This document shows positions 1 through 8,826 of a DNA stretch of 64,000 bases, one piece after another. The notes under the pieces are model-generated. The model searched no databases and was not told the origin of the DNA. It worked only from the letters and a program-made list of their open reading frames with translations. The position numbers and the translations under genes are program-made. Position 1 is the first letter of the stretch; every line of letters begins with the position of its first letter. This DNA is from a virus (lineage: Duplodnaviria > Caudoviricetes): the IMG/VR virus record IMGVR_UViG_3300042695_000536, positions 8,285 through 72,284 of that record, one strand, 5' to 3'.

Positions 1-1
1 C

Positions 2-646
2 TATCCAATTGATCTAATAGACTCTTTAGATGTTGCTGTTGTAGTAAGACACCCAGTTGAAGCTAGACTAAGCTATTTTAATTTTATATATAATCGTGCT
101 CTTTTTTTAAGAGATGAGTATATTGAAAGAAAGTCCACGCTGGAAAAATTAAGATACTATCTTTTTGAAGATCCAAATTTTAAGCTACACAATAACTATC
201 AATCCAGGTTTATTTGCAATTCAGCTGATGAGCGTTCATTTGATCCTAGAAGCTTTTACACAAAAAATCATGAAGAAATGATGGATCCATTTTTTAAAAA
301 GGGAGAGGCGTTTACTTGGTTTGTTGGAAACGAAAAAACTTCTAAAGAAAATGCAATGGAAGCGATAAAAAAGTTTAAAATTGTAAACTCTTTAGACAAT
401 ATTGCTATGTTTGAAAAAAATATCAGCGATTGGTTTAATAATAACTATCAAATAGAAATAGATTTTGACCAGAACAATCTTATAAACTACGGATCTTTTT
501 CATACGGAGATGAGAAAAACATTACTACTGAATACCTGATGTCTCTTATATCTGAAGAAGACATTGATCTGATTATAAAAAATAATGATATTGATTACTT
601 TATTTACAATTATGTGAAGGATAATGAGACAAATGGCATTTCTTAG
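2..646 (+). CDS. Sulfotransferase-family-like protein (5' truncated)
   Basis: Frame of the 278..646 ORF is open back to the window start; contains VVVRHPVEARLSYFNF (R-x-P-x-x-(R)-x-S PAPS-binding-type motif) and a downstream NYQSRFI segment. Confidence 0.6.
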   Translation, partial: YPIDLIDSLDVAVVVRHPVEARLSYFNFIYNRALFLRDEYIERKSTLEKLRYYLFEDPNFKLHNNYQSRFICNSADERSFDPRSFYTKNHEEMMDPFFKKGEAFTWFVGNEKTSKENAMEAIKKFKIVNSLDNIAMFEKNISDWFNNNYQIEIDFDQNNLINYGSFSYGDEKNITTEYLMSLISEEDIDLIIKNNDIDYFIYNYVKDNETNGIS

Positions 647-1226
647 AGGAGATCTGACTCCAAAAAAAGAGTTAGAAGATTTTAATTTTAGATTTAATAA
701 AACTTATGATGTAGATCATATTGCAGATGCTTTACAAAAATTTAGCTCTGAATGGCTAATTAATCAGAATAGGCAAAATGTGGTTTATGTAGGCAGAGCA
801 AATCCACATGCACACACACAAACATTTATAGTACAAGACCACAGCCTAGAGTGGGACTTTGGAACAAAGATAGATGCAGTCGTTAAAGACCAAAACATTT
901 TTGATTTAGTCTCACCTATAGTAAAAGATCTAGAGTCAATCTACGGTGGCACTTCTGGAAGAGTCCTACTGATTAAGCTTGAATCCAATAAGGATGTTTC
1001 AGAGCATACCGATAGAGGAGATTACCTATCTACTGTAAAGAGATTTCATATACCGATTATAACAAATGATAGTGTTTATTATACTGTTAATGGAGAAAAA
1101 ATTAACATGAAGTGCGGAGAATGTTGGGAGATAAATAACTTAAAGCCGCATTCTGTTTTAAATGATAGCAGCATAGATAGAGTTCATTTATTAATAGACA
1201 TATTCCCAGATTCATCTAATAAATGA
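624..1226 (+). CDS. Aspartyl/asparaginyl beta-hydroxylase-like 2OG-Fe(II) oxygenase
   Basis: HTD...RFHIPIITN...GECWEINNLKPHSVLN...RVHLLID pattern typical of AspH-like proteins. Confidence 0.8.
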   Translation: MRQMAFLRGDLTPKKELEDFNFRFNKTYDVDHIADALQKFSSEWLINQNRQNVVYVGRANPHAHTQTFIVQDHSLEWDFGTKIDAVVKDQNIFDLVSPIVKDLESIYGGTSGRVLLIKLESNKDVSEHTDRGDYLSTVKRFHIPIITNDSVYYTVNGEKINMKCGECWEINNLKPHSVLNDSSIDRVHLLIDIFPDSSNK

Positions 1227-1903
1227 AAAATATAAAATTAATTAACAACTTCATGTCTGAGGAAGACTCTTTGTTTTTAATAGACTGGATCGATAAAAAT
1301 TCGGATGATGATTTAAAGTTTAAAAGTAGGGTCGGTATAGCCGTAAATAAAGGATTGGCATCTAGAGCAATATTCCCAGACCAAAAGCCCCCGTATTTGT
1401 TTAAAGATTTAGAGCCAATTATAAATAAGTATTCTAAAAAATTTATAGACATTGTTAAATCAGAATATAAAATAGATCAAGATTTATACTTTTATGGAGT
1501 TTCTATAACAAAACTATCAAAAGATATACAGCTTAGAATACATCAGGACGTCCACAACGATTTCTCATCTTTAGTTTGGAGCTGTGTTATATACCTTAAC
1601 GATAATTATTCAGACGGAGAAGTTGTTTTCTTGGAGAGCTTTGACGAAGCTGATTTCGAAGAATCTCCACATGCAGCGCGATACGGTAATACATTTTATT
1701 TATATAAAGATGGCGCAGGCGGTCTTGTGTGCAAGCCAAAAGCCTTGGACGCATTTGTTTTCCCAGCCGATCAATGGCACGGTGGCAGGATGATATCAGA
1801 CGGAACTAAGTATGCTGTAATTCTATGGCTTGTTAAAGAAAAGGAATATGAATTTAAAGGTTTTGATTCTAGAGAAGTATTAAAAAATATATATAAGGAT
1901 TGA
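1223..1903 (+). CDS. Prolyl-4-hydroxylase-like 2OG-Fe(II) oxygenase
   Basis: HQD...VIYLNDNYSDGE...WHGG...GTKY. Confidence 0.8.
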   Translation: MKNIKLINNFMSEEDSLFLIDWIDKNSDDDLKFKSRVGIAVNKGLASRAIFPDQKPPYLFKDLEPIINKYSKKFIDIVKSEYKIDQDLYFYGVSITKLSKDIQLRIHQDVHNDFSSLVWSCVIYLNDNYSDGEVVFLESFDEADFEESPHAARYGNTFYLYKDGAGGLVCKPKALDAFVFPADQWHGGRMISDGTKYAVILWLVKEKEYEFKGFDSREVLKNIYKD

Positions 1904-1935
1904 CAGCTTTACCTATAGTGCTGTATAATATAGAT

Positions 1936-2097
1936 ATGAATAACTTTATTATATTTGCCGCAGCTATATTTGCAGTGTGTGCTTACGTGGGAATAAAACT
2001 TTATAGAGAAATGTCTGTAATTTTAGATGCAAAAAGAATACAAGAGCAGTTCAAAAAAGATAGCTTTTGGGAAACACAAGAATCTTTTGAGGAGTAA
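1936..2097 (+). CDS. Small membrane protein, probably leaderless
   Basis: N-terminal hydrophobic helix; TGTATAAT lies a few nt before ATG 1936. Confidence 0.55.
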   Translation: MNNFIIFAAAIFAVCAYVGIKLYREMSVILDAKRIQEQFKKDSFWETQESFEE

Positions 2098-2103
2098 TAA
2101 CAA

Positions 2104-2400
2104 ATGATTAAGCCATTTGGCAACCTGTTGTTAGTAAAAGAAGATAAAGTTGAGGACCGAACCACAACGTCTGGCATAGTTCTTATGGCATCATTAAGTG
2201 AATCTAACCTTAGAACTGGTAAGATTCTAGAAATGGGAAACGGAGAATATAACTATAAAGGCGAGCTCATTCCTATAACGGGCCTCAATGTTAATGATAT
2301 AGTTTATTACAACCAAAATAGCGGAACAGATATTGAAGATACAGATGGAGAAAAGTACTTACTTTTAAATACAAAAAGTGTGCTTGCAATAAAAGGATAA
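2104..2400 (+). CDS. groES: Co-chaperonin GroES (Cpn10)
   Basis: IKPFGNLLLVK...TTSGIVL...GKILEMGNG...VNDIVYY...GTDI...GEKYLLL..VLA. Confidence 0.9.
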   Translation: MIKPFGNLLLVKEDKVEDRTTTSGIVLMASLSESNLRTGKILEMGNGEYNYKGELIPITGLNVNDIVYYNQNSGTDIEDTDGEKYLLLNTKSVLAIKG

Positions 2401-2589
2401 GTGTTGCGTAAACAATTTAAGTTTAAAACAATTTTAAAATCTGTCAATTTAACTGTTAAAACTAAGTGTCCAGAAAAGTGGCTTCTTGTAGATAGAGAAA
2501 CTGGTCAGGTTTACCAGGGAAGCGAAAAAGGACATTGGAACAGACTTGATCCAGTGATTAAAGACACAATAAATAAAGAAATGCTATAA
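2401..2589 (+). CDS. Hypothetical phage protein
   Basis: ORF in operon; TKCPEKWLLVDRETGQVY motif. Confidence 0.6.
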   Translation: MLRKQFKFKTILKSVNLTVKTKCPEKWLLVDRETGQVYQGSEKGHWNRLDPVIKDTINKEML

Positions 2590-2596
2590 TTAATTC

Positions 2597-3397
2597 ATGA
2601 CTACTCCAATAATTCACGATATGCCTGGTGGCGTAATATACATTGAGAATGCATTTCCTAAATCTAAAGAGTTTTTAGATTTTGTGGAATCAAATGATCA
2701 AAACCCTGAAATTTTAAAAGTTTTTCCTTCATGGAGCACATGGATTAACGGTTATCCAGTTAGCTTAGATCCAAATGATTTGACAAAATGGGAACAGATA
2801 TTCCCAGACAACGAGGGAGCTTTAGCGGGAGTTGCTAAACTGTTAGACTGGGACCTTTCTTATAATGAAAACAATGAATTTTGGCCCCGCAAAGACATTT
2901 CTAATTATGCTCAAGAAAGCAAAGCTCATCAATTGGCATTGCCAGCTATCAAAATGATAGAAGATGATTATATTAACGCTTTAAAAATTTGGTCAGAAAA
3001 GACAAACAATGATCTACCGCATCACATAACCAGAAACTACTGTATTAGAAAGTATAGAATTGGTGGTTTCATGGGGCCACACATAGACAGAAACATTTTA
3101 AACCCAAAAAATTCTATGGACTGGACATCTCTTATATACTTAAATGATGACTATGAAGGCGGAGAACTAGTGTTTGATCAGCTAGGATATTCAATAAAGC
3201 CTTCAGCTGGGAGCATAGTTTTCCTTCCATGCTTGGTTTCTCATGAAGTTAGTGAAGTGATTTCTGGAAACAAAACTTATATATTTTTGTTTATGCATAC
3301 TGGAACAGGAATAACTTCAGCTCTTGGAGAGCCTTACCAAAATATGGAAGAAAAGCTAATAAGTTTTAATAACAATAATACTATTGACAACATTTAG
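2597..3397 (+). CDS. Prolyl-4-hydroxylase-like 2OG-Fe(II) oxygenase (leaderless)
   Basis: HID...LIYLNDDYEGGEL.F...IKPSAGSIVFLP...HEV...GNK; TGCTATAAT 6 nt before ATG. Confidence 0.85.
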   Translation: MTTPIIHDMPGGVIYIENAFPKSKEFLDFVESNDQNPEILKVFPSWSTWINGYPVSLDPNDLTKWEQIFPDNEGALAGVAKLLDWDLSYNENNEFWPRKDISNYAQESKAHQLALPAIKMIEDDYINALKIWSEKTNNDLPHHITRNYCIRKYRIGGFMGPHIDRNILNPKNSMDWTSLIYLNDDYEGGELVFDQLGYSIKPSAGSIVFLPCLVSHEVSEVISGNKTYIFLFMHTGTGITSALGEPYQNMEEKLISFNNNNTIDNI

Positions 3398-3548
3398 TTC
3401 ATGTTATATAATGAACTATAATGATAAATAAAATAATTTGTCGCATCAAGGGACACATTCTCGTAGCAGCAGGCTCATGCCCATATACAGGATCAACTTA
3501 TCAGTACTGCGAGAGATGCAGATTAATGATACCAATTCAGGCGGCGCA

Positions 3549-3653
3549 ATGAAAGAGCCTAAGATAATGAAAATGGACTGGCGTCCTTTAGGATATTGGC
3601 CAGTATATAAAGATGGAAAGCTTACATGGGAAAAGGATCCAAAAGATGATTGA
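3549..3653 (+). CDS. Small hypothetical protein
   Basis: MKEPKIMKMDWRPLGYWPVYKDGKLTWEKDPKDD; overlaps the next start. Confidence 0.45.
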   Translation: MKEPKIMKMDWRPLGYWPVYKDGKLTWEKDPKDD

Positions 3654-3912
3654 ATGGATAGCAAGGCGCATATTTAGCTGGACCAATCTCAGAGAATATA
3701 TTTTTGATGAAGTTCACCTTTATGATCATTTAGATACAATTGTTAATGACCCAGAAGGAATGAAGATTGCATCATGTAGCTGGATGGAAGGCGACATGTG
3801 GTATGGCTGGAACTACGATAGTAACGCTAAGCGTTACTACTTTGATGACATTGGCAATAAGTCCCTCATTGGATTGTGGGAAGATCAATGGTTAAAAAAG
3901 GAAGATGCCTAA
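3646..3912 (+). CDS. Hypothetical Trp-rich protein
   Basis: ORF track, start trimmed to MIEWI. Confidence 0.55.
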   Translation: MIEWIARRIFSWTNLREYIFDEVHLYDHLDTIVNDPEGMKIASCSWMEGDMWYGWNYDSNAKRYYFDDIGNKSLIGLWEDQWLKKEDA

Positions 3913-4048
3913 ACATTGGGAGGATAAATCTCAATGGATCACCAACTGTCCAATATGCTATTGTGCAGTAACACATCAACTAAGAGATTATCATATTCAG
4001 TATCATGAAAATCAAATAAGAATGGCAATCCCAATAGATGAAGTATAA
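3905..4048 (+). CDS. Small C2H2-type Zn-binding protein
   Basis: Manual translation: CPIC...HIQYH. Confidence 0.5.
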   Translation: MPKHWEDKSQWITNCPICYCAVTHQLRDYHIQYHENQIRMAIPIDEV

Positions 4049-4409
4049 GAAATTAAAGATATTATTAAAGCCGTATAAGGCACAATTTGATAGATCACCA
4101 AGACACATAAAGGTTATTTCTATCTTGTGTGTTGTCTGGCTGGCTTCACCAATTGACCCATTCGATATACTTTTCCCTTGGGCTGCATTTACCGATGATA
4201 TATTTATTGCAGGTGTCCTTCTTAAAATGCTTTATAAATACGGCGGGCTGCCAGAAGATAAGGTTATCACCCCAGTTGAGCTACTGAAGAATCTGTTTGG
4301 AAAAGATAAAGAGCATAAGCATACAGCAATGACATACGAAGAGCTTGCAATTTCAGCTAAAATATACTTAGAGCAAGTGTCAGAAGATAAATCTAAGAAT
4401 ATGATATAA
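4038..4409 (+). CDS. DUF1232/YkvA-like membrane protein
   Basis: WLASPIDPFDILFPWAAFTDDI resembles the YxxSPIDxIPDxIPxxGxxDD signature. Confidence 0.7.
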   Translation: MKYKKLKILLKPYKAQFDRSPRHIKVISILCVVWLASPIDPFDILFPWAAFTDDIFIAGVLLKMLYKYGGLPEDKVITPVELLKNLFGKDKEHKHTAMTYEELAISAKIYLEQVSEDKSKNMI

Positions 4410-4416
4410 TATGATT

Positions 4417-4644
4417 ATGGACAATAATGATATTAATTTAACAGATGAAGAGATCTCAAAGGGATATGAATCAGATAACCCAGATGAAGATAAATGGGAC
4501 AACCTAGAAAAGGCTTGCTGGAGCGGATACAAGCAGGTTGGTATGAAAGATAAGGGCGGAAAGAAAGTCCCTAACTGTGTACCAGTAAAGAAGTCTCTAT
4601 TCGGCACAGAAGGACCACAGAGCCTCATCCCAAGGAATAAGTAG
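4417..4644 (+). CDS. Small protein with CWxGY...VPNCVP motif
   Basis: KACWSGYKQVGMKDKGGKKVPNCVP; TGATATAAT immediately upstream. Confidence 0.6.
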   Translation: MDNNDINLTDEEISKGYESDNPDEDKWDNLEKACWSGYKQVGMKDKGGKKVPNCVPVKKSLFGTEGPQSLIPRNK

Positions 4645-4645
4645 C

Positions 4646-4813
4646 ATGGGCATACTAGATAACCTTGAAGCCTATTTAGAGGCGGAAGAGCCAGAAAAAT
4701 GTTATTACTGCACTAAAGCAGCTAAGTATAATGATTTAGCAGAAGTAGATACATGTAGATATGATGTAGTAGGCGTATGTGAATGCCATTCATTTAAAGG
4801 ATTAAGCTCATAA
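4646..4813 (+). CDS. Small Cys-rich protein
   Basis: Manual translation MGILDNLE...CYYC...CECH. Confidence 0.5.
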   Translation: MGILDNLEAYLEAEEPEKCYYCTKAAKYNDLAEVDTCRYDVVGVCECHSFKGLSS

Positions 4814-4896
4814 TATAATCTAATATTGACCGAAAAGTGAAGTCGAAAAGTAGAGACCCCCTTGTCAGTACCTGACATAAATGCTATACTAAATAC

Positions 4897-5109
4897 ATGT
4901 TGCAGAGTTTAGAGATACCTGATCCATTTACTGCTTTTCGTATAGCAAAATACGCAAAACAAAAATATGGTGCTAGATATGACTTCTTTAGCGGTGAATG
5001 GGATATGGAATGCGGTGCATGCCAAGAGCCATTAAACGCTCCAACTAAAAAGATATTGACTAAGATCAGGCTATATCATACTCGTAATGAATGTCTTGGT
5101 GGATACTGA
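4897..5109 (+). CDS. Small Zn-finger protein (leaderless)
   Basis: CGAC...H...C; TTGTCA-N17-TATACT promoter ends 6 nt before ATG. Confidence 0.6.
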   Translation: MLQSLEIPDPFTAFRIAKYAKQKYGARYDFFSGEWDMECGACQEPLNAPTKKILTKIRLYHTRNECLGGY

Positions 5110-5255
5110 TGAGCGATATTGATCCTGACAGATCAATGCGTCTTAAATTAGTTATAGAAGAGATGCTTAAAGATATTGATATGAGCGGTGAAAAGTGGAA
5201 TGATCGTGATAAAAACGGGATCCCGTATTGGGAAAAAGAACGGGGTGACAAATAA
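5109..5255 (+). CDS. Small hypothetical protein
   Basis: Manual translation MSDIDPDRSMRLKLVIEEMLKDID...; coupled TGATG and TAATG junctions. Confidence 0.5.
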   Translation: MSDIDPDRSMRLKLVIEEMLKDIDMSGEKWNDRDKNGIPYWEKERGDK

Positions 5256-5482
5256 TGTGGTCATGGGTATTAGCTATTATAGGTGTAACAGGCATATTCT
5301 TTGTTGGTCGAAAGACAATATGGGGATGGTGGGTTTTATTATTTAATGAGGCTTTGTGGATAGCATATGCCCTAATAACAAAGCAATATGGATTTATAGC
5401 CTCAGCAATAGCATATGCAGCAGTTTATATTAGATCTTACATACACTGGTCGAAAGAGCCAGTAAATGAGATTCATCTATGA
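5255..5482 (+). CDS. Small PnuC-like membrane protein
   Basis: Three hydrophobic helices; WGWWVLLFNEALWIAY...YIRSYIHW pattern. Confidence 0.55.
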   Translation: MWSWVLAIIGVTGIFFVGRKTIWGWWVLLFNEALWIAYALITKQYGFIASAIAYAAVYIRSYIHWSKEPVNEIHL

Positions 5483-6531
5483 ACAACGAAACAATTTATA
5501 TATCTATAGCAGCATGCAAAGAAGAGTTTTTAGTTCAAACAATCAAAAGCGCACTAGCTAACGCAGACAATCCAGACCTATTGTATTTTGGAATAGCCAA
5601 TATGGTTATAGATCAAAAAGACTTTTTGTCAGATCCAATATTTAATCATCCCAGACTAACCTATGTAGATATAAAGCATGAGCGCCCACTAGGCACTGGT
5701 ATTGGTAGGATGATGGCCTCTATTATAAATTATAGAGACCATGAGTATTTGCTGCAAGTTGACGCACACAATGTTTTTGAAAAAGGATGGGACACTACCC
5801 TAAAGCAACACTATAACGATCTGTTAAAGATTTGTGATAAGCCTATCATATCTACAAATCCTCTTAGATGGATAGATGGACCAAACAAAGAAGTATTTTT
5901 GCATAACAATTTGAGGGGTATGGCGGTAGACCCACTTGATTTTAAAACTGATGAAAATTTTGGTTCATTAAAAATACAGGTTATTTCCATAAATGCTTCC
6001 TCGTATGCAAACGCTCAAGTACCAAGCGAAGAAATGATGGATTATGCTTTTATTGAGGGTTGTCATGTGGATTGGCAAGAGGGTCAAGATTTTGTTGAGC
6101 ACGGACTGATATTTGCTTCATTTATGTTTACAAAATTTGGTTTTACTCGTGAGCTGATGCATGATCCAGCAAACCCTTTCAACGGTGATCAAATTAATCT
6201 ATCTTTTAGAGCGGGCACTAGAGGATACAGAATGTTCTCAATCAAGAAGTGTATAATGTGGTCTAAAGACAAGTTTAACGATGGTAAGCTTTTGTCTGAC
6301 GATGACTGGAGAACTCTTGATAGAGGCAAAATTGGAAAATTTAACGAAGTTAACTCTCAATTTGATCAAACTGAAATATTTTCTGGGGAATACCTAGGAT
6401 ATTGGGGAGCACCAAACAAGGAATCAATTGCTGAGTATTATAATAAGATAGGGATAGATTTATCTAAATACTTTATATCAAAGAGAGAATACCTGGTTGG
6501 AAAAGGTGAGGGCGGGGGAACCAATGGATAA
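5479..6531 (+). CDS. GT-A glycosyltransferase, Gnt1/GT60 (hydroxyproline GlcNAc-transferase)-like
   Basis: TIYISIAACKE...TIKSALANADNPDLLYFGI...GIGR...EYLLQVDAHNVFEKGWD; DxH metal motif. Confidence 0.75.
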   Translation: MNNETIYISIAACKEEFLVQTIKSALANADNPDLLYFGIANMVIDQKDFLSDPIFNHPRLTYVDIKHERPLGTGIGRMMASIINYRDHEYLLQVDAHNVFEKGWDTTLKQHYNDLLKICDKPIISTNPLRWIDGPNKEVFLHNNLRGMAVDPLDFKTDENFGSLKIQVISINASSYANAQVPSEEMMDYAFIEGCHVDWQEGQDFVEHGLIFASFMFTKFGFTRELMHDPANPFNGDQINLSFRAGTRGYRMFSIKKCIMWSKDKFNDGKLLSDDDWRTLDRGKIGKFNEVNSQFDQTEIFSGEYLGYWGAPNKESIAEYYNKIGIDLSKYFISKREYLVGKGEGGGTNG

Positions 6532-6658
6532 GTTTCAATCATCCTATGAGAAGTATGTAAATACAGAGCCATATAAGGTAGCATGTACTCAATGTAAGCA
6601 ACTCTATGTCAAGCAAGATGATGACCCATTTATATGCCTTACATGCTCAGCAAAATGA
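6524..6658 (+). CDS. Small Zn-ribbon protein
   Basis: Manual translation: CTQC...CLTC. Confidence 0.5.
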   Translation: MDKFQSSYEKYVNTEPYKVACTQCKQLYVKQDDDPFICLTCSAK

Positions 6659-6755
6659 GTGACAGCCCTACCCCATATCTTTAAGGCGGGGGAGACAAAG
6701 GAGTATAATAGTACTATAGGGATAAACATCCTTGGTTACTAGAGAAAGATATAAC

Positions 6756-6941
6756 ATGAGTACTCCAATGTGCAAGACATGTTCAATAGAGACAAATAAG
6801 GCAGCATGGGCTAAATACCCAGATATGCTCGATCTCTGCAAAATGTGCAAATCCTTTCAACAATCAATTGAACATACCATAGATGCAGCAGATAAGGTGC
6901 GAAAGAAAGCTGCACAAATAGGCAGACAATTAGAGTCTTAA
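6756..6941 (+). CDS. Small Zn-binding protein
   Basis: CKTC...CKMC. Confidence 0.55.
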   Translation: MSTPMCKTCSIETNKAAWAKYPDMLDLCKMCKSFQQSIEHTIDAADKVRKKAAQIGRQLES

Positions 6942-7008
6942 AAGCTCTTACCCATTATATCCCCCCTCCTTTTATCTCCCTTGTATCAGCCTCCTAGAGG
7001 CTTATTTA

Positions 7009-7034
7009 GTGGAGTATTGTGGAGTAAAGTGGAG
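7009..7034 (+). promoter_or_regulatory. MraZ-type triple direct repeat (GTGGAG-N4)x3
   Basis: GTGGAG tatt GTGGAG taaa GTGGAG with exact 10-bp period in non-coding DNA. Confidence 0.6.
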
Positions 7035-7432
7035 AATCATACTATCAATTTAGATCCAAATACTATCATTATATATAGTTAAACATATCTATGTAATGGA
7101 ACGTTACCATTTGATGGGTCATAATGTCAATAGGGCCTATATAAAGCATATTGGCCAATATTTGTCAATAGATATTCCAGGAAATTTTTTTATTTGTTCG
7201 TAAAGAGCAATTTTGGCCCATATTTATGGCAAAAAATTATGTCTAATTCTGTATAATTTGTCTCATATAATGAGATATTCTATACAGATTTTGACAGATT
7301 TTATTCAATATGCATACAAATTCCAGCGTATTTTTACATGCGTCGTAAAGAAGAAATTTGGCCCATAAGATGGGCATACAAAAATGGGACATATAGCTAA
7401 TTAAAGCCATATGCCCCATAGGGGAAGTTATA

Positions 7433-7777
7433 TTAGAATGAATCTAGATCCATTATGTATTTGCTATCTCTTACTCTTGTTTCTTCAAGGGATTTAATAG
7501 TTAGGTTTCTATCCACCGCCCCGTATTTTGCCTCAATCATATCGTTGAGAGCATCAGCCAGAAGCAATCCTTCGGATGTGTATCCCTTGTCCCATTCTGA
7601 CTTTAATCTAAGGGAATTGTATTGGATAATATATCTAACTAGTTCCATTAGCCTGTCTTGGGTGTATAAGGTATGTTCAGTTGTTAATACATTTGCCATT
7701 ACGGCAGGGGAGAAGTTAGCATTGTTTAGATAGTCTGTTAGTTTTTCTGCTGCTTTGAATTCGTTCGCTTTAGCCAT
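7433..7777 (-). CDS. Hypothetical early protein
   Basis: ORF with own TGTCAG-N10-TATAAT promoter and AACGAAAGG RBS. Confidence 0.75.
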   Translation of the reverse strand: MAKANEFKAAEKLTDYLNNANFSPAVMANVLTTEHTLYTQDRLMELVRYIIQYNSLRLKSEWDKGYTSEGLLLADALNDMIEAKYGAVDRNLTIKSLEETRVRDSKYIMDLDSF

Positions 7778-7837
7778 TGAGTTCCGCCTTTCGTTTTGAT
7801 TATACCATTGACCACTGACATTTGTAAATGAAGCGAG

Positions 7838-7878
7838 GTTCCTCCCCTTTCCCGTTTTCCCACAGAGAGGAGGAACCC
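7838..7878 (-). terminator. Hairpin, likely terminator of the Lsr2-like gene
   Basis: GGTTCCTCC...GGAGGAACC inverted repeat. Confidence 0.5.
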
Positions 7879-7891
7879 CACACTTAGTTTA

Positions 7892-8044
7892 TTACTTGAC
7901 GTTCTTCTTGTCTGTGAAGACTACGCCCTCTTGTGCTGCCTTGCTGATAACGCCTAGAGCTGCAGCTGAAAAGCGGCCACGCTTGCCCACAGAAATTCCC
8001 TGGGTCTTGAGGTACTCACGAGTTGTTGTTGGTGTTGATGTCAT
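7892..8044 (-). CDS. Lsr2-like DNA-binding mini-protein (50 aa, not in ORF track)
   Basis: MTSTPTTTREYLKTQGISVGKRGRFSAAALGVISKAAQEG...; matches IRxWAxxxGxxVxxRGRI of the Lsr2 C-domain; GAAAGGA RBS and TTTACA-N17-TATAAT promoter upstream. Confidence 0.65.
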   Translation of the reverse strand: MTSTPTTTREYLKTQGISVGKRGRFSAAALGVISKAAQEGVVFTDKKNVK

Positions 8045-8190
8045 TTGTTTGATCCTTTCTAGATCTTTGTTATATATATTATATCCGAATTTCGGCGATT
8101 TGTAAATAGGTGCCGTAAAGCAAAATTTTTGCCCGTGCCCTTAGATTATGACCGTTATGTCCGAATTGTCCATAACGGCCCAACCTATCT

Positions 8191-8373
8191 TTATTCAGTT
8201 GTTAGTTCTTCTACTTGGTATGGCTCTATCTTATCTTTACGATTGGCACCCTTTTGCCATTCTTTCTTAGGTGCGGCTACTGCCTTGTACCATGCCTCAT
8301 CGCTGTCCTTGGCTTCTACTACAATGTAAAATTCCTGAATGGTGTCGCCATATACTTTAAACTGTTTAGTCAT
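8191..8373 (-). CDS. Hypothetical early protein
   Basis: ORF track; coupled to upstream gene. Confidence 0.6.
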   Translation of the reverse strand: MTKQFKVYGDTIQEFYIVVEAKDSDEAWYKAVAAPKKEWQKGANRKDKIEPYQVEELTTE

Positions 8374-8507
8374 AGTTCCACCTGTTCTATCTTGTCTTTA
8401 ATTAGTTTAGCAATGATGTTGTGTGCCTCGATGTTTTCTGTTTCGGACCCACCCCACAAAAGCTTTTGGGCTTTACTAAGTTGATCGTTTAAGTACTTAT
8501 CACTCAT
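8370..8507 (-). CDS. Hypothetical early protein
   Basis: Start trimmed to MSDKYL; overlaps neighbours. Confidence 0.55.
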   Translation of the reverse strand: MSDKYLNDQLSKAQKLLWGGSETENIEAHNIIAKLIKDKIEQVEL

Positions 8508-8826
8508 CTTCATCTTCGTCGTCCTCCTCTTCTTCATCTTCCTCAAACATTGTGTCCACAATGTATTCACGATTCATCATCCATTCAAGGACATCTTCGT
8601 TGTGCTGTTCGGCACCGTACTCCAGAGAGAACCCCATACCAGCCTCCACAGCCTCACAGAGGTGGCCCCACATGTCATCTAGGGTGCAGTTCTGCTTGTA
8701 GGTCTCATCCTCAAATATGTTGTTAATTGTTGACCAAGTCCACAACCAAACTAATGATAGACCTAGGTCAGTGCTGTCTAGAATCTCTAAACACTTGTTT
8801 AGTTTATCTTTATCGTCAGGCTTCAT
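8500..8826 (-). CDS. Acidic hypothetical protein
   Basis: ORF track; poly-D/E C-terminus. Confidence 0.7.
   Translation of the reverse strand: MKPDDKDKLNKCLEILDSTDLGLSLVWLWTWSTINNIFEDETYKQNCTLDDMWGHLCEAVEAGMGFSLEYGAEQHNEDVLEWMMNREYIVDTMFEEDEEEEDDEDEDE

Noticed and set aside
4862-4890. TGTCAG at 4863 (and 45260) as PafBC-type promoter
   Set aside because: No TAnnnT at 10-nt spacing; 4862 fits TTGTCA-N17-TATACT instead
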